The position numbers and the translations under genes are program-made. The notes under the pieces were generated by a model. It did no database searches and had not been told where the DNA came from. It was given only the letters and a program-made list of their open reading frames with translations. Below are positions 26,817-38,085 of a DNA stretch of 64,000 bases, piece after piece. Every line of letters starts with the position of its first letter. Position 1 is the first letter of the stretch. Source of the stretch: Raja brachyura (lineage: Eukaryota); contig OY740796.1 of the NCBI GenBank assembly GCA_963514005.1, positions 15,438,001 to 15,502,000 of the forward strand. The letters run 5' to 3'.

Positions 26817-27455
26817 ATGGGATTCACAGCGTGACAGCACAGTGTGTGCTGAGAGTAATTGTCATTACAGAAGAAATGTTGATCAACAGTATTACGGTGC
26901 GCCTAGAAAACATGTCTCAGGAACGCTTTCTGTCTCCATCATTGAACCGCTTTGTGGAGGGTCTGGCAGCAGTCTTGTCTGCCCCCCAGGAGGACATCTT
27001 TGTTTTCAACATACAAAATGACACAGATGTCAGCGGGAGCATTCTGAATGTCAGTTTTTCTGCTCTGGTTCCTGGTGGAAGCCAGAGCCAGTTCTTCTCC
27101 TCAGAGGAGCTTCAAGAACAGCTATATATGAGTCGGATGCAGCTGACTTCAGTCTCTATGCTGGAGGTGCTCCCTTTTGATGACAATGTCTGCCTGCGGG
27201 AACCCTGTGAAAACTACATGAAATGCATCTCGGTGCTGAAGTTTGACAGCTCCTCTACATTCATTGCTTCAGGCTCCATGCTTTTCCGGTCCATCCATCC
27301 CATCACTGGGCTTCGCTGTCGTTGTCCACCAGGATTTACTGGAGATTACTGTGAGACAGAGATCAACCTTTGTTACTCAAATCCCTGCCAGAATTCTGGA
27401 GTATGTAGTCGCAGAGAGGGTGGTTACACATGCATTTGTGGAGAAGAGTTCACAG
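26817..27455 (+). CDS. CELSR3: CELSR3-like internal coding exon (exon 2 equivalent): end of the cadherin region, membrane-proximal region, first EGF repeats
   Basis: Acceptor ttttcag|AT, donor ACAG|gttagt, 639 nt. Translation DGIHSVTAQCVLRV...SSEELQEQLY...LPFDDNVCLREPCENYMKC...CRCPPGFTGDYCETEINLCYSNPC...RREGGYTC is clearly CELSR. TAQCVLRV, SSEELQEQLY and DDNVCL fit CELSR3 better than CELSR1/2 (from recalled sequences). Confidence 0.95.
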
Positions 27456-30400
27456 GTTAGTAAAACCAGAATTATTTTGCACCACAGTGAAGTAATCTTG
27501 TCTTTGTTTTAAAACCAATTTATAAAAAATATGCTTGTATAAATTTAATCTGTGCAATCTTCCTAAAACGCACATTTCGTTCAAAGAAATGGCTAGATGA
27601 ATGACAGCTGCTATGCACCACCATAAAAGAACCAAAACCTAATGGTACTGCCAGACATGGCATTATTTCAAATGCCTCGTTTCTTTCCAGCTATCCAGTT
27701 GGTATCAAGATGCGGTCAAGCCAGCCAGTCATCCTTTCCTTAAAAAAGACCAGGAGCAGCTGCTCACCAAATCCTCAGCATAATCACAGTGAAGGTTTTG
27801 TCGTACACCCAGTGATGGAGTATATGAATAGTATCAAGAATCTTAATATCATGTTATAATTCCACGGTGATCAGTATGAGTCAGGCTTCAACTTCTGGCA
27901 TTTGGAGATCTGTGATGTGCAATAGGCATTACACCGTAAAGCAATTATTCTTCTCAACAAGTATTGATGCTTACTTGTACTATGATCAGCATTTGATTTT
28001 GACCACATTTGCTTCCTGATGAGGCTTTAATGATGTCCAGTGTAGGCTCTACGTTAATTTAGTTTCAGTCCTTCTGTAGTAAAAAATGCACAAGCTCACG
28101 TCTACAAACCTTTACATTATTTCAGTTTTATTCCTGCAAGAAATGTCCGCCCAACATTTTTGATGCTTTGGATTTTTAATTATTTTGAAAATTCAATTTT
28201 GGCAGTGGATGTTAGGTCCATCCAATCATTTTTTTCCAGAGTTAAATAACTGCAATAACATTTATAGTTACATTTATTGACCGTCTGCATTGCAGATCCC
28301 TGCAGACTGTCTGAGATTAAATTCTTTGCTTAATGCGTGCAAAGGAAACAAACCACCTCTGGCTTATTTTGAACTTGCCCACTGCAGCCCCACTCCTTTA
28401 ATATGGGCCAAAAGGTCCATTATAGATTGGATCTGGATTACCCGTGTTTCATAATGAGCCCTCAAGAGAAATAAATAATTCCACTTCCACCTTCTCCATT
28501 TCTTGATTAAGTTCTTAGTGCAAAGCCAGGTTGAGTTCATGTATTGGAAGTGGGGGTTAGAGCTTACTGCAGCCCTATTAATTTCAGTTATCAAATGAAG
28601 CTTAGCACAGGAGTTACAGGGTCGCTAATTAGGTGTTTCTCAGTTCAAACACAAACTAAAGAATTCTGCACACAAAATGGAAATGATTTTTGGATATTTT
28701 TTACTACTTTTTAAAATTAAATTAAAACATTTCTGCCTCTGTAAGCTCGGTGCCGTGTTTCTCAATGGAATACTATGGTCATTTGCTCCCATTTTCTTAC
28801 TGAAGAATTGAGTAACAATTTATTTGAAAATAATTTATTATTGCTATTTAGGGTACAGTGACAGATGGTTATTTGTTTTGTAACTCTTGCTCTGCAATAA
28901 TCATAAGTTGAATGTAGTAAGTGAACATATTTTTTGTGATGTTAAGCTATCTGGATAGAATACGTGTAGAGAATTGAGCTTAATGTAGACAAATGTATGT
29001 TGATTAAAGAAATCAGCAGCCATGTGCACTTGCTAAAGTGGCCCCAATTTCAAATGGTGTCTGTTTGTTATAGGATGTTTCTTTAGATGCTAGAAGACTG
29101 TTGCATGTCACAACGCTGACATCAGCAGAGATAATCTGTAAAGTAGAATCCTTAAGGCATTGGGCGACATAGAGAGCAAAAGTTAATCAAAATGAAAACT
29201 CCTCATTGAATCCGTTGGTCGTGGAAATTGTCCTAGAAATTTAAAAACCATAAGCTGTCATTCAAAAGTCATGTGGGTACACACGATAGACCAGAATACT
29301 TGCAACAGCCAGGTAAAACCTACTGGCTGCTGTGCATGCCAGTAACCAGTGCTCTCAGGAAAGGACTGCAGGAGGAACTCTGATCAACTTAGTTATTGGT
29401 TGGCTGACCAACAGTCCTCAAGGCCTCTGTTATCGTCGAACGTGATTAAATGTTTGCATTTACCAACACTTTTCATTAATGCTCTATTGTAATCCCTCTG
29501 TAAGGAGATGTTATCTTATTTAAGTTTGGTGACTGTGTAATACTTCACATCCTTTAAGCATTTCCAATCTCATTATTTAATATCCTGATCTGTCTCCCTG
29601 CTAAATACTGGATAAAAGTAATAATTTAAATTTAATGCCGTGGTTTTATTTTATCAATCTTTAATGGGCCAATTTCCATCATTACTTTTGCATTTTATTT
29701 TGTTTATTAATTTAATTTCAGCATTCCTCCTTGTTTTCCTACATTTATCCTTCTCCCATCTCATCGTTTTTGTTGTTATCATCCTTTCTTCTGTTTTCCG
29801 TGTAGACTAAATGCTCGGTAAGTGCCTCTTAACCAAACATTTTCCCATATGTCACTTTGTGGCATCCCATTAGTGTTTATCTTTTTCTTGTTTTAATGTA
29901 ATGTATTTTTTCTGGACTCTTTTGTGTCATTTTAAACGTTTCCCATGGGTGCTGTACATCGTTATTTGCCAATATCATTACACCTTAGCTTTACAAGATT
30001 CTGTTTTCAGCTCCCAAAATTGCCTTTTATTTCGGTTTTCATCAATCTAATTCCTTCTCAAATATTGTTGTGCATTTTATTATGATGACTATTGCTTTGA
30101 TGCTATCCTGCTTTCACTTCCCCATCAATCCAGCTACTCCCTTTCCCAATACTGTATCCTGTTGGGAGCAGACTCCATTCTCGAAATAGCTCTTCAAAAA
30201 TGGTATCTTTCCATGTATTTCAAAAACACTTTGAACAAATAAAAAAAATCCAGTTGTTTTGAAACTCAGCCTCTGAACTCTCGGTGGCATCCTCAAAAGG
30301 AGCTTTTCACTTTTCCAGGCGGTGTAGCTAGTGAAATGAACCAAAACAATTGGATATTTTCCTCTCGAAATTCCTCTCCAGCCACCTTAAATGGCCTATC

Positions 30401-30887
30401 ATTTGACAATGGCAGCACACATTACGATAAGACATAATATGACTGTAATGTGCGACACAAAATTGCTGCTATTTTGTCTAATTTGGGTGTCTCATATCAT
30501 TTGTACATTTCTAGTCTGTTCTCCCCACACCCTATATCTTTTTCAACTCCTTATTTAGGCAACCTTCTAAGCCATAATGTCATGCCCTGTCTTTTGTCTA
30601 TGTATTCTGTCATCTTTTTCCTTGTCTTCATAGGAGAAATATGCATCATACTTGTTGGACTACAGCAATATCTGTGGAATTTCCTTCTCAACCTTTTGAA
30701 CATTTGCTCTTTGATATGCAAACCTTTATATTTGTGAATTCGTTCAGTATCTAACTGTGTTCGGGATGTAACTTTCCAGTAATTCTTGCCCCCTTAATTT
30801 AAGTGTGTCTCAGTTAGCAGTCTAGTTCACTGACTGTGAGCCAGATTTACTTATGGCTGAGGCATTTCCTGGATAAAGTCAGTGTAA

Positions 30888-31182
30888 AGGGCCTGTCCCA
30901 CTGTACAAGGTAATTCCCGAGTTTCCCCTGTTTCGAACTCGGAGAATTACGGTAATGGCCGCTCGTAGGTACTCGGGGCTCTCGTGGACATTTTTCAACA
31001 TGTTGAAAAAACTTCACGAGCTTACCGCGTTTCCCGAGTACCTGCCATTAGCGGTACGAGCCGCTAAGAGACGTCCCGAGCTCCGACGTACCCGCTACGT
31101 ACATTCTACGTACTTACCACCGGTTTGATTTTTTTAAACTCGGGAGAGCTCTTGGGTAAACTCGTATAGTGGGACAGGCCCT
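30888..31182. mobile_element. PIF/Harbinger-type MITE
   Basis: TAA|AGGGCCTGTCCCACT ... AGTGGGACAGGCCCT|TAA: 15-bp perfect TIR and 3-bp TAA TSD. Confidence 0.88.
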
Positions 31183-31582
31183 TAAGGGTTCCAAATTGGA
31201 GAAAGGCTATTTTTTTCTAGTCTGAGAAGTGATTTAGTAGAAATTGAGAGGAAATAGTTATTTGAGGGTAAATCAATCTCAGAGCAATGTTGTGCTGTTG
31301 TTTCGAAAAAGGAAGAAAGGATGAACAAAGTAATTAAAGATCAATTTATTTAATTGGTAATAGGCAAATTATTAGATCCCATTCTAAGGGTCATAAGACT
31401 ATAGACATAATTGAAAAAAATTCAGGGACAATCCATAATGATTTGTTATGAATTGTAGTGTGTGAATAATTTGATTTTTTTTTGCTGAGGCAATAAGGAA
31501 AGTTGAAGTGGATAATATGTTTGTTACACAATTCTGGGTCAGATTATAGTCAGGAACTATAATCTGACCCTTTCGGATTTTG

Positions 31583-31684
31583 GACTTTCTTTTTTGATGT
31601 TAAACACAAGTATAATAAACTGCAATGAATCCAGACTTTCTTTTTTGATGTTAAACACAAGTATAATAAACTGCAGTGAATCCA
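31583..31684. repeat. 51-bp tandem duplication (1 mismatch)
   Basis: GACTTTCTTTTTTGATGTTAAACACAAGTATAATAAACTGCARTGAATCCA x2. Confidence 0.9.
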
Positions 31685-31809
31685 ATAAAGGGAATGTGGA
31701 AAATGACATTCCGGTGAGTTTAAAAGGAATGCAGGAAACGGGAGCCTATTTACAAAGGTATTGAATTATGAGCATTTCTGAATTATTCAGTACCGGTTTA
31801 TTGGAGATT

Positions 31810-32070
31810 TAATGTTGTTCTGACAACAGCTTCCAAACCCATTGCCTGCAGCACCATGGAGGACTGGGACACCAAGCACATGGGAACATCATTTACTACA
31901 GGTTCCTTTGCAACTAACATACAATTGGTCTTGGAAATGCATCACTGTTCCTTCATTGTCACTGGGTCTAAATCTTGGAACTTCCTATCAACTGGCACTG
32001 TGGGTGCATCTTCAAGAACTGTGGCCTCTCAAGGGTAATTAGTGATAAGCAATAATTGTTGGCTTTGAAT
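31810..32070 (+). mobile_element. Old CR1-clade LINE 3' end
   Basis: SFIVTGSKSWNFL motif followed by a GGTAATTAGTGATAAGCAATAA tail. Confidence 0.55.
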
Positions 32071-33362
32071 AGATTGAATGTGGCAAATAATAACACGCCC
32101 ACAGATGGCAGGCAGTTTTAAAAAAAATGCCCATGGGTTTTCTGGGAGAGTGACAAATTGAATCCAAAATTGGTTCTGTGGTAGGAAGATATCAATGATC
32201 TAGTCCATTGGGTGGGAAATTGTTAAATTTAATTGAAAGTATTTGGGGAAGTGCAATAAGGCTCGAGGGTGCACAATAAATGGGAGATATTGAGTGGTGT
32301 GGATGATTATAGGGACCTTGAAATGTATGTCCACTTACTCTTAACCAAATAGGACAGGCCAAAAGTGGAATAAAAAGGCACATCAGAGTAGTAAACTATG
32401 CTGGATTGTGTACAATACTAATTAGTATATAGTTTGAGTACTGTGTAGAGTTCTAGTTGCTACTACAGGAGAGATCAGTAGGAAAGATCTTTTTTCTCTC
32501 AACTGATGGGATCACAAAGTAAATGCCATAGATTTAAAGTAATAGCATAAAGTGAAGATTAGGGTAATTCTTTGATCCTAATATGATGCATTTTAGGCTG
32601 CTGTGGGTGGTAAGGGAGAAGATTACTGGGGCTCTCAGAGAGATTTTTAAATCTTTACTGGCCACTGAATGTGGTATCTTTTATTCAGAAAGGGCAGCAT
32701 GGATAAGCCAGGAAATTGCAAGTCATGTAATTATAGACCTTCCTCTTATGTATCATATTAGAAAGCTGTCCTTGTAATAAAATCATGAAATTGCAAATTA
32801 CATTTCATTTCAGAGTGCAAAGAGCGTTCTTAATGACAGTAATGGTTGCCAAAATGGAGTAAATAGTTTCTGAAAGAAGTGAGCATTAGAGGGCCAATGG
32901 TGTTTACTCATTCTCTGCTGCTCATGCTGCCTGTGAATTACTTGTGCAGAATTGTTGAGGGTTTTTTTAAAGTATGAATGGTCAAAATGGAAGCAACTGA
33001 CAATTCTAACAATCCTTCTGATTCTATGTTAGTAAATCGTTAATAGCCACCTGGGCATCAAGTAGGAACAGATAGATTGTTATTGAGTCTTCAGTTATTT
33101 TCCAGTGAGAATTAATATCTGAATGACAGCTTGTGTAAAAGTACGGTTGCACCACAGATTTTTCCCATTGCGGTAGAAATAAGGGGTAGCGACAAATCTT
33201 ATAAACTGCTAGAGCTATTGGGATAAATCATTATTTTTTTAATCAAATCTCTTAAAATGCACTTCTAAATTTGAGAGTTACTGGATTTGTTATTTGTTTT
33301 TAACTAAGAGTCGACACTTACTAATGTTGCTCTACCTCTTATCAAAGGCTTGCGTTTGATAA

Positions 33363-33660
33363 GAGCGGCACTATGGTGCAGCGGTAGTGTTGTTGCCTTA
33401 AGGTGACAGACCCAGTTTCAATCTTGTCTGTACAGTGTTTGTACGTTCTCCCTGTGACTGTGTGGGTTTTCTCTGGGTGCTCCGGTTTCCTCCCACACTC
33501 CAAGAATGTACATGTTTGTAGGTTAATTGGCTTCGGTAAAATTGTAAATTGTCCCGAGTGTGCAGGATAGTGTTGGTGTATGTGGTAATCAGTGGTTGGT
33601 GCGGATTCGGTGGGCCGAACGGTCTGTTTCTGTGCTGTGTCTCTGAAGTAAAGTCTAAAG
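33363..33660 (+). mobile_element. V-SINE (HE1-like), near complete
   Basis: GCGGCACTATGGTGCAGCGG head; core GTTTGTACGTTCTCCCTGTGACTGTGTGGGTTTTCTCTGGGTGCTCCGGTTTCCTCCCACACTCCAA; CR1-like tail. Confidence 0.85.
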
Positions 33661-34156
33661 GTACCACTGAGGAGATAACCTCTCAATGTCTTTCCAAAAC
33701 CACGTCAAGCATTTCATTGAGCCACTGACTGCTAGCAGTTCTATAGGATACAACCGTGCAAGCTTAGCCAAATGTGGAAGTATGAAGAAGGCTGGAGGAT
33801 ACAACCTACCACTACTTTGAACATTACAATACGTGACCCACCACTCACATTGAACATTGTGATGATGCTGAGGAGATGGGATGGTTGTACAACATTGATC
33901 CCACTATTCTGAATGAGGTCACTGCCCCTGTGGTTAAAGACACAATTTGATTTATTTCACTTCAATGTTTTTAAATACTTATTTGTATTTTAGGGTGTTT
34001 CCAATGTTATTTTTTCTAAGTTATTTAAATTGATTTACACAGTTTGCAATAGTAATATTTAAAAATAGTTGAAAAGGTTTTGAAAATGGTAAGCTCCATG
34101 AAAGCTAGCATGATTCTACAGGGTAGATACTTGACTCCATGGCTTGGATCTGTCTC

Positions 34157-34200
34157 ATGGGACGCCTCACGAATTTGCGTGTTGTCCTTGCGCAGGGGCC

Positions 34201-34233
<33 letters not shown>

Positions 34234-34248
34234 CACATGTGCTGCCGA
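34157..34248 (-). pseudogene. U6 snRNA pseudogene (about nt 10-101)
   Basis: Reverse complement matches U6 (TCGGCAGCACAT.T.CTAAAATTGGAACGATACAGAGAAGATTAGCATGGCCCCTGCGCAAGG..) with 6 substitutions; lacks the first 9 nt and the oligo-T end. Confidence 0.92.
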
Positions 34249-34989
34249 CGTACAGAAAGCTGCCTCATCTGGCCCGCTGCTTTCAGAAATAGTCAGCCGG
34301 TGTAACACTACAGGGGCCAAGTTGGGCAGTGAGTTGGGTCCAATGTGATCTGGTCTCTCATAGTCATAACACTACAACTTTCCCAAACAGAGGCAGCACC
34401 TAAAAGAGCTGTTGCAATGCAGTTCCAGGGACCTAAGGTTTAACCCTGTTCTCAAATGCATTATATGAAGAGTTTGCACATTCGTGGGATTCTTTCAAAT
34501 GGTTCAGTTTCTTTCTTCATGCCAAAGATGTAGCTTTTTAAAATACATTTCTCCTGTGGTTGGCAGGTGATAGAATAGTTGGAAGTGGAGAGAAAAGGTA
34601 ACAGGGGAACACAATACTATTATTTCAGTGTATTTAAGTGTGGTTGAAAGTCAAATATCATTCAGTAGTGCAGCCAAATCATGTTAATTTATTTGAATGT
34701 TGTCTCACCTCAAATGATCAACCGTCCATTAGCGCAACAATGATTCAATTCACAATGAATGTCATTAACTGAATTTATATGGAACAGTAATGTTTATCAA
34801 TGTATTGAAAATAAACTGGTTCTGAGACACACTGTGGAGAAGCATTTGTCTTCCATTCATAAGATGGCAACAAGTGTTTTCACGTTTTGGCTTTGTTGCT
34901 TTAAGTATGATTGTGACATAGATTAATAGGCAGTCTGCTTCTTCTTGCATTTGAGGCAGCAGAAGTCTGCAGCAGGGTGATGCCATCCG

Positions 34990-35206
34990 GTTCGACATCC
35001 GTAGGTGCCCGTCCTAAAAAGCTTATTCAACATGTTAAAAATGTTCCGCGACCAAACTGAGGCCGCGAGTAATAACCACTGTGCGGGAACTCCACTCGAC
35101 CATGAAGGAGACTTACCAGAGACCACCTATGACCATGCTGCGAGCTTGTGGCGAACACAGATTCTCCTAAACTCGCCAATATGGTCGCCATAGTGAGACG
35201 GACCCT
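34990..35206. mobile_element. Harbinger-type MITE, left end lost
   Basis: Ends CTCCTAAACTCGCCAAT...AGTGAGACGGACCCT|TAA, homologous to the 38.5-kb and 31.2-kb ends. Confidence 0.7.
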
Positions 35207-35653
35207 TAATGTTAATATTTCTTCCATCAGTGGTTCACAATGTTTCCAAATGCTGAGATCCTTGAGCAAGTGACTAATAATATGATCTGGCAAATGGTGC
35301 TATGTTACATGTTTGGATTAGGTAATTGTAAATGCAATTTCATAAAAGTACAGTTTTTATTAGAGTGAGGTAAAATACAAAATAACACTGTTAATCTTGC
35401 AGATTGAGTATGTAATCTGTAAATGAATAACAAAGTCAGTGCACGAGTAGCCAATCTTATGAACAGAATAATGATTCAATTCATAATAAATATAATTATG
35501 GAGAAAGGCAAAAATAAGCATTTAAATGGTGTAATAGCATATAGTGAGGCAGGGTGCAAATTCATAGATCATTAAAAGTAAAAATCAAGAATTTATAAAG
35601 AATGCAAAAACCACTGGGATTCATTTATGAAGAAACAGAATTGAAATATGATA

Positions 35654-35749
35654 GTCTGAAGAAGGGTTTTGGCCCGAAACATTGCCTACTTCCTTCGCTC
35701 CATAGATGCTGCTGCACCCGCTGAGTTTCTCCAGTACTTTTGTCTACCT
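35654..35749 (+). mobile_element. 96-bp Penelope-derived hammerhead-core insertion with 13-bp TSD
   Basis: TTGAAATATGATA at 35641-35653 and 35750-35762; starts GT-CTGAAGA-AGGGTTTTGGCCC-GAAAC. Confidence 0.88.
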
Positions 35750-36539
35750 TTGAAATATGATATGTTGAACCACAGTTATTCACCATAGTTGTTATATGTG
35801 TATAATTCTGGTCTCCTTTTTACAAAAGCATAAATGAAGTTGTGAATAAAAGGTTTGGAAATAGAAATAGGGGAAATCATGAGCAAAATTAAAACGGAGA
35901 CATTAAATATAAAGCACTTGCTAATAAAGCATTTGCATTTGCAATTCATTGAAGAATTAATGGGAAAATAATTTCTTACCGGGGAGAGAACAGTCAGAAT
36001 TAAACTTACTGTACCATATTTAAGGTAAATAAGGTACTTTTAAGGGGAAGCTAAATAGATACATAAGGAAGAAAATAATTGAAAGTTATGTTGATAAGGT
36101 TGGATGAACTAGATTGGGAAGAGCCCTGTGAAATAGGCCAAAACACCAAAATAGTTTGAAAGTAAAACAAATGCTAGAAAAGCCTGAAATGTTTTGTAAT
36201 TCCAGCTCAACGCCTGTACATTTGCAGGTGCCAATATAATGATTCTGTGAACAATTGATGAAAGTCTAGGCATATGAAAGAATTAACTTCATGAGCACTC
36301 CTCTTTGAACATATCTCGTTTATTTTATTTAAGATAAACAAAAAACGCTGAAAACATTCAGCAGGTCAGACAGCGGTGGAAAGAGAAACTTGACATTGCC
36401 GGCTGAAATTCAATGAAGGGTTTAGACTCCCAGTGCCCAAAGTTTTTGATTTTCATCTCTTGTAATGTAATGTTGATTCATCAGCTACTTTATCAGGCAA
36501 TGCTTCTGAAGGCCGGCAAGCAGGGAAGAGTTGAAATAG

Positions 36540-37020
36540 GAGTGGGAATAGGCCAAACATTTCTTAGCATCTGCTCTGCTGTTCAATAATGTCAAGCTCG
36601 TTAGAACTCATTTTAATCGATTGCACCTCACTACCTGATCCCCATAACCTTCGTATCTCAGTGTTAAATCTACTTAATAACTTGGCATCCACAGCTCTTT
36701 AGAGATTTGCAAAGTTCACACCTATTCATGAGAAAAACAATTCCTTCTCATCTCATCTCAGATGGCTGACCCCTCGTCCTGACGCTTGAGCTCTCCCACC
36801 AGATGATAAATCTGTGCAACCTGATGTGCATCAGAATCTTTCACGTTTCAATTTCAAAGATTACCCTTTATTCCTCTGAATTCCTGAGAGTATATGCCTA
36901 TTCTGTCTAATACATTATGGGGAGAACCTCATCATCCCAGGCCTCAATCTAGTGAATCTTCTTAAGACTGGGCTGTTTCTTAAGGCAAATATAATCTTTT
37001 TGAATAAATAGACCAAATCT
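36540..37020 (-). mobile_element. Old CR1 3' fragment
   Basis: Degenerate match to the CR1 3' ends elsewhere in the window. Confidence 0.55.
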
Positions 37021-37285
37021 GCAGTAATGGTCCTGATATTCTGCCATGAATAAAGGAGTGTCAAATGAAGGTGAGGTTCGATCCAGGGTCAGGCAGAGTA
37101 CCAGTACTCAAGCGGTTGTTTGAGGATTTGAGTGGGAGCAGACAAAGAACAGTATTGCTCAACCAACAGAACATATCGCTGCCAAGTTTAACCATTTTTG
37201 ACACGCATCACCAAGGTTGTGAAGCGGATGCCCGACTTAAATGAAAGATTGTGGAGAAATTTGCCCAGTACTTGATTTATGTATT

Positions 37286-37515
37286 AAAGAAGGAACTGCA
37301 GATGCTGGAGAATCGAGGGTTACACAGAAAGCTGGAGAAACTCAGCGGGTGCAGCAGCATCTAAGGAGTGAAGGAGATAGGCGACGTTTCGGGTCGAGAC
37401 CCTTCTTCAGACCCTTCTTCAGTCTGAAGAAGGGTCTCGACCCGAAACGTCGCCTATCTCCTTCACTCCTTAGATGCTGCTGCACCCGCTGAATTTCTCC
37501 AGCTTTCTGTGTAAC
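37286..37515. mobile_element. Young Penelope-derived inverted pair with two hammerhead cores and 16-bp TSD
   Basis: ACTTGATTTATGTATT at 37270-37285 and 37516-37531; arms 37319-37412 and 37422-37515 differ at 1 position. Confidence 0.92.
37421..37455 (+). ncRNA. Minimal type I hammerhead ribozyme core
   Basis: CTGAAGA-A-GGGTC(TC)GACCC-GAAAC-GTC: CUGANGA box, stem II, GAAA box, palindromic ACGU stem III. Predicted cut after C37451. Stem I is very short. Confidence 0.7.
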
Positions 37516-38085
37516 ACTTGATTTATGTATTTGTTCTTCACCTCTCTTTGAATGTCAAGCTGTGTGGCTGTCAGCAATCCCCCTCCAATTTTTGAGAGAA
37601 TTGGTGCAATACGCATTTTCAGTCTTTTGCGAAGCCAAAAATGTGGCTGCCGGTCATTTTTTGTCTTGCACATTGTAATTAGACACAAACATGTGTAGCT
37701 GTCCTCATCCTTCCATTTTGCTCTGACCTTTGCTAATTTGTTTACTCCTCCTGATTCTTCTTCTCACTATTACCAATTTTTAATCTGCAATGATTGTTTG
37801 TCAAAGCTACAGAGACTACAAAATGTATTGTTGAAGCTGTCAAAAACCCTACATAGACAGAATTTATTTTCTACATCGAATAGCAACCAAACTTCAGTTG
37901 TGAGATGCAGGCAATTGAGATGTTGGCAGTAAACCAAGCCAAATGAACCCTAATGACTGGAAAGCACTGCCCTCTGAGCATAGCTAACAACTCAGCAATG
38001 AACAATATATGTGTACTCCCATCAGTTTCTATTCATACTCTGATTCATATTTTTGTACATCCTTTCAAGATTAAAGCTTGAATAA

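Noticed and set aside
33363-33430. tRNA gene
   Set aside because: It is the degenerate tRNA-derived head of a V-SINE; no full cloverleaf.
34157-34248. Functional U6 gene
   Set aside because: The 5' nucleotides and T-run terminator are missing, it has six substitutions, and no promoter is evident.
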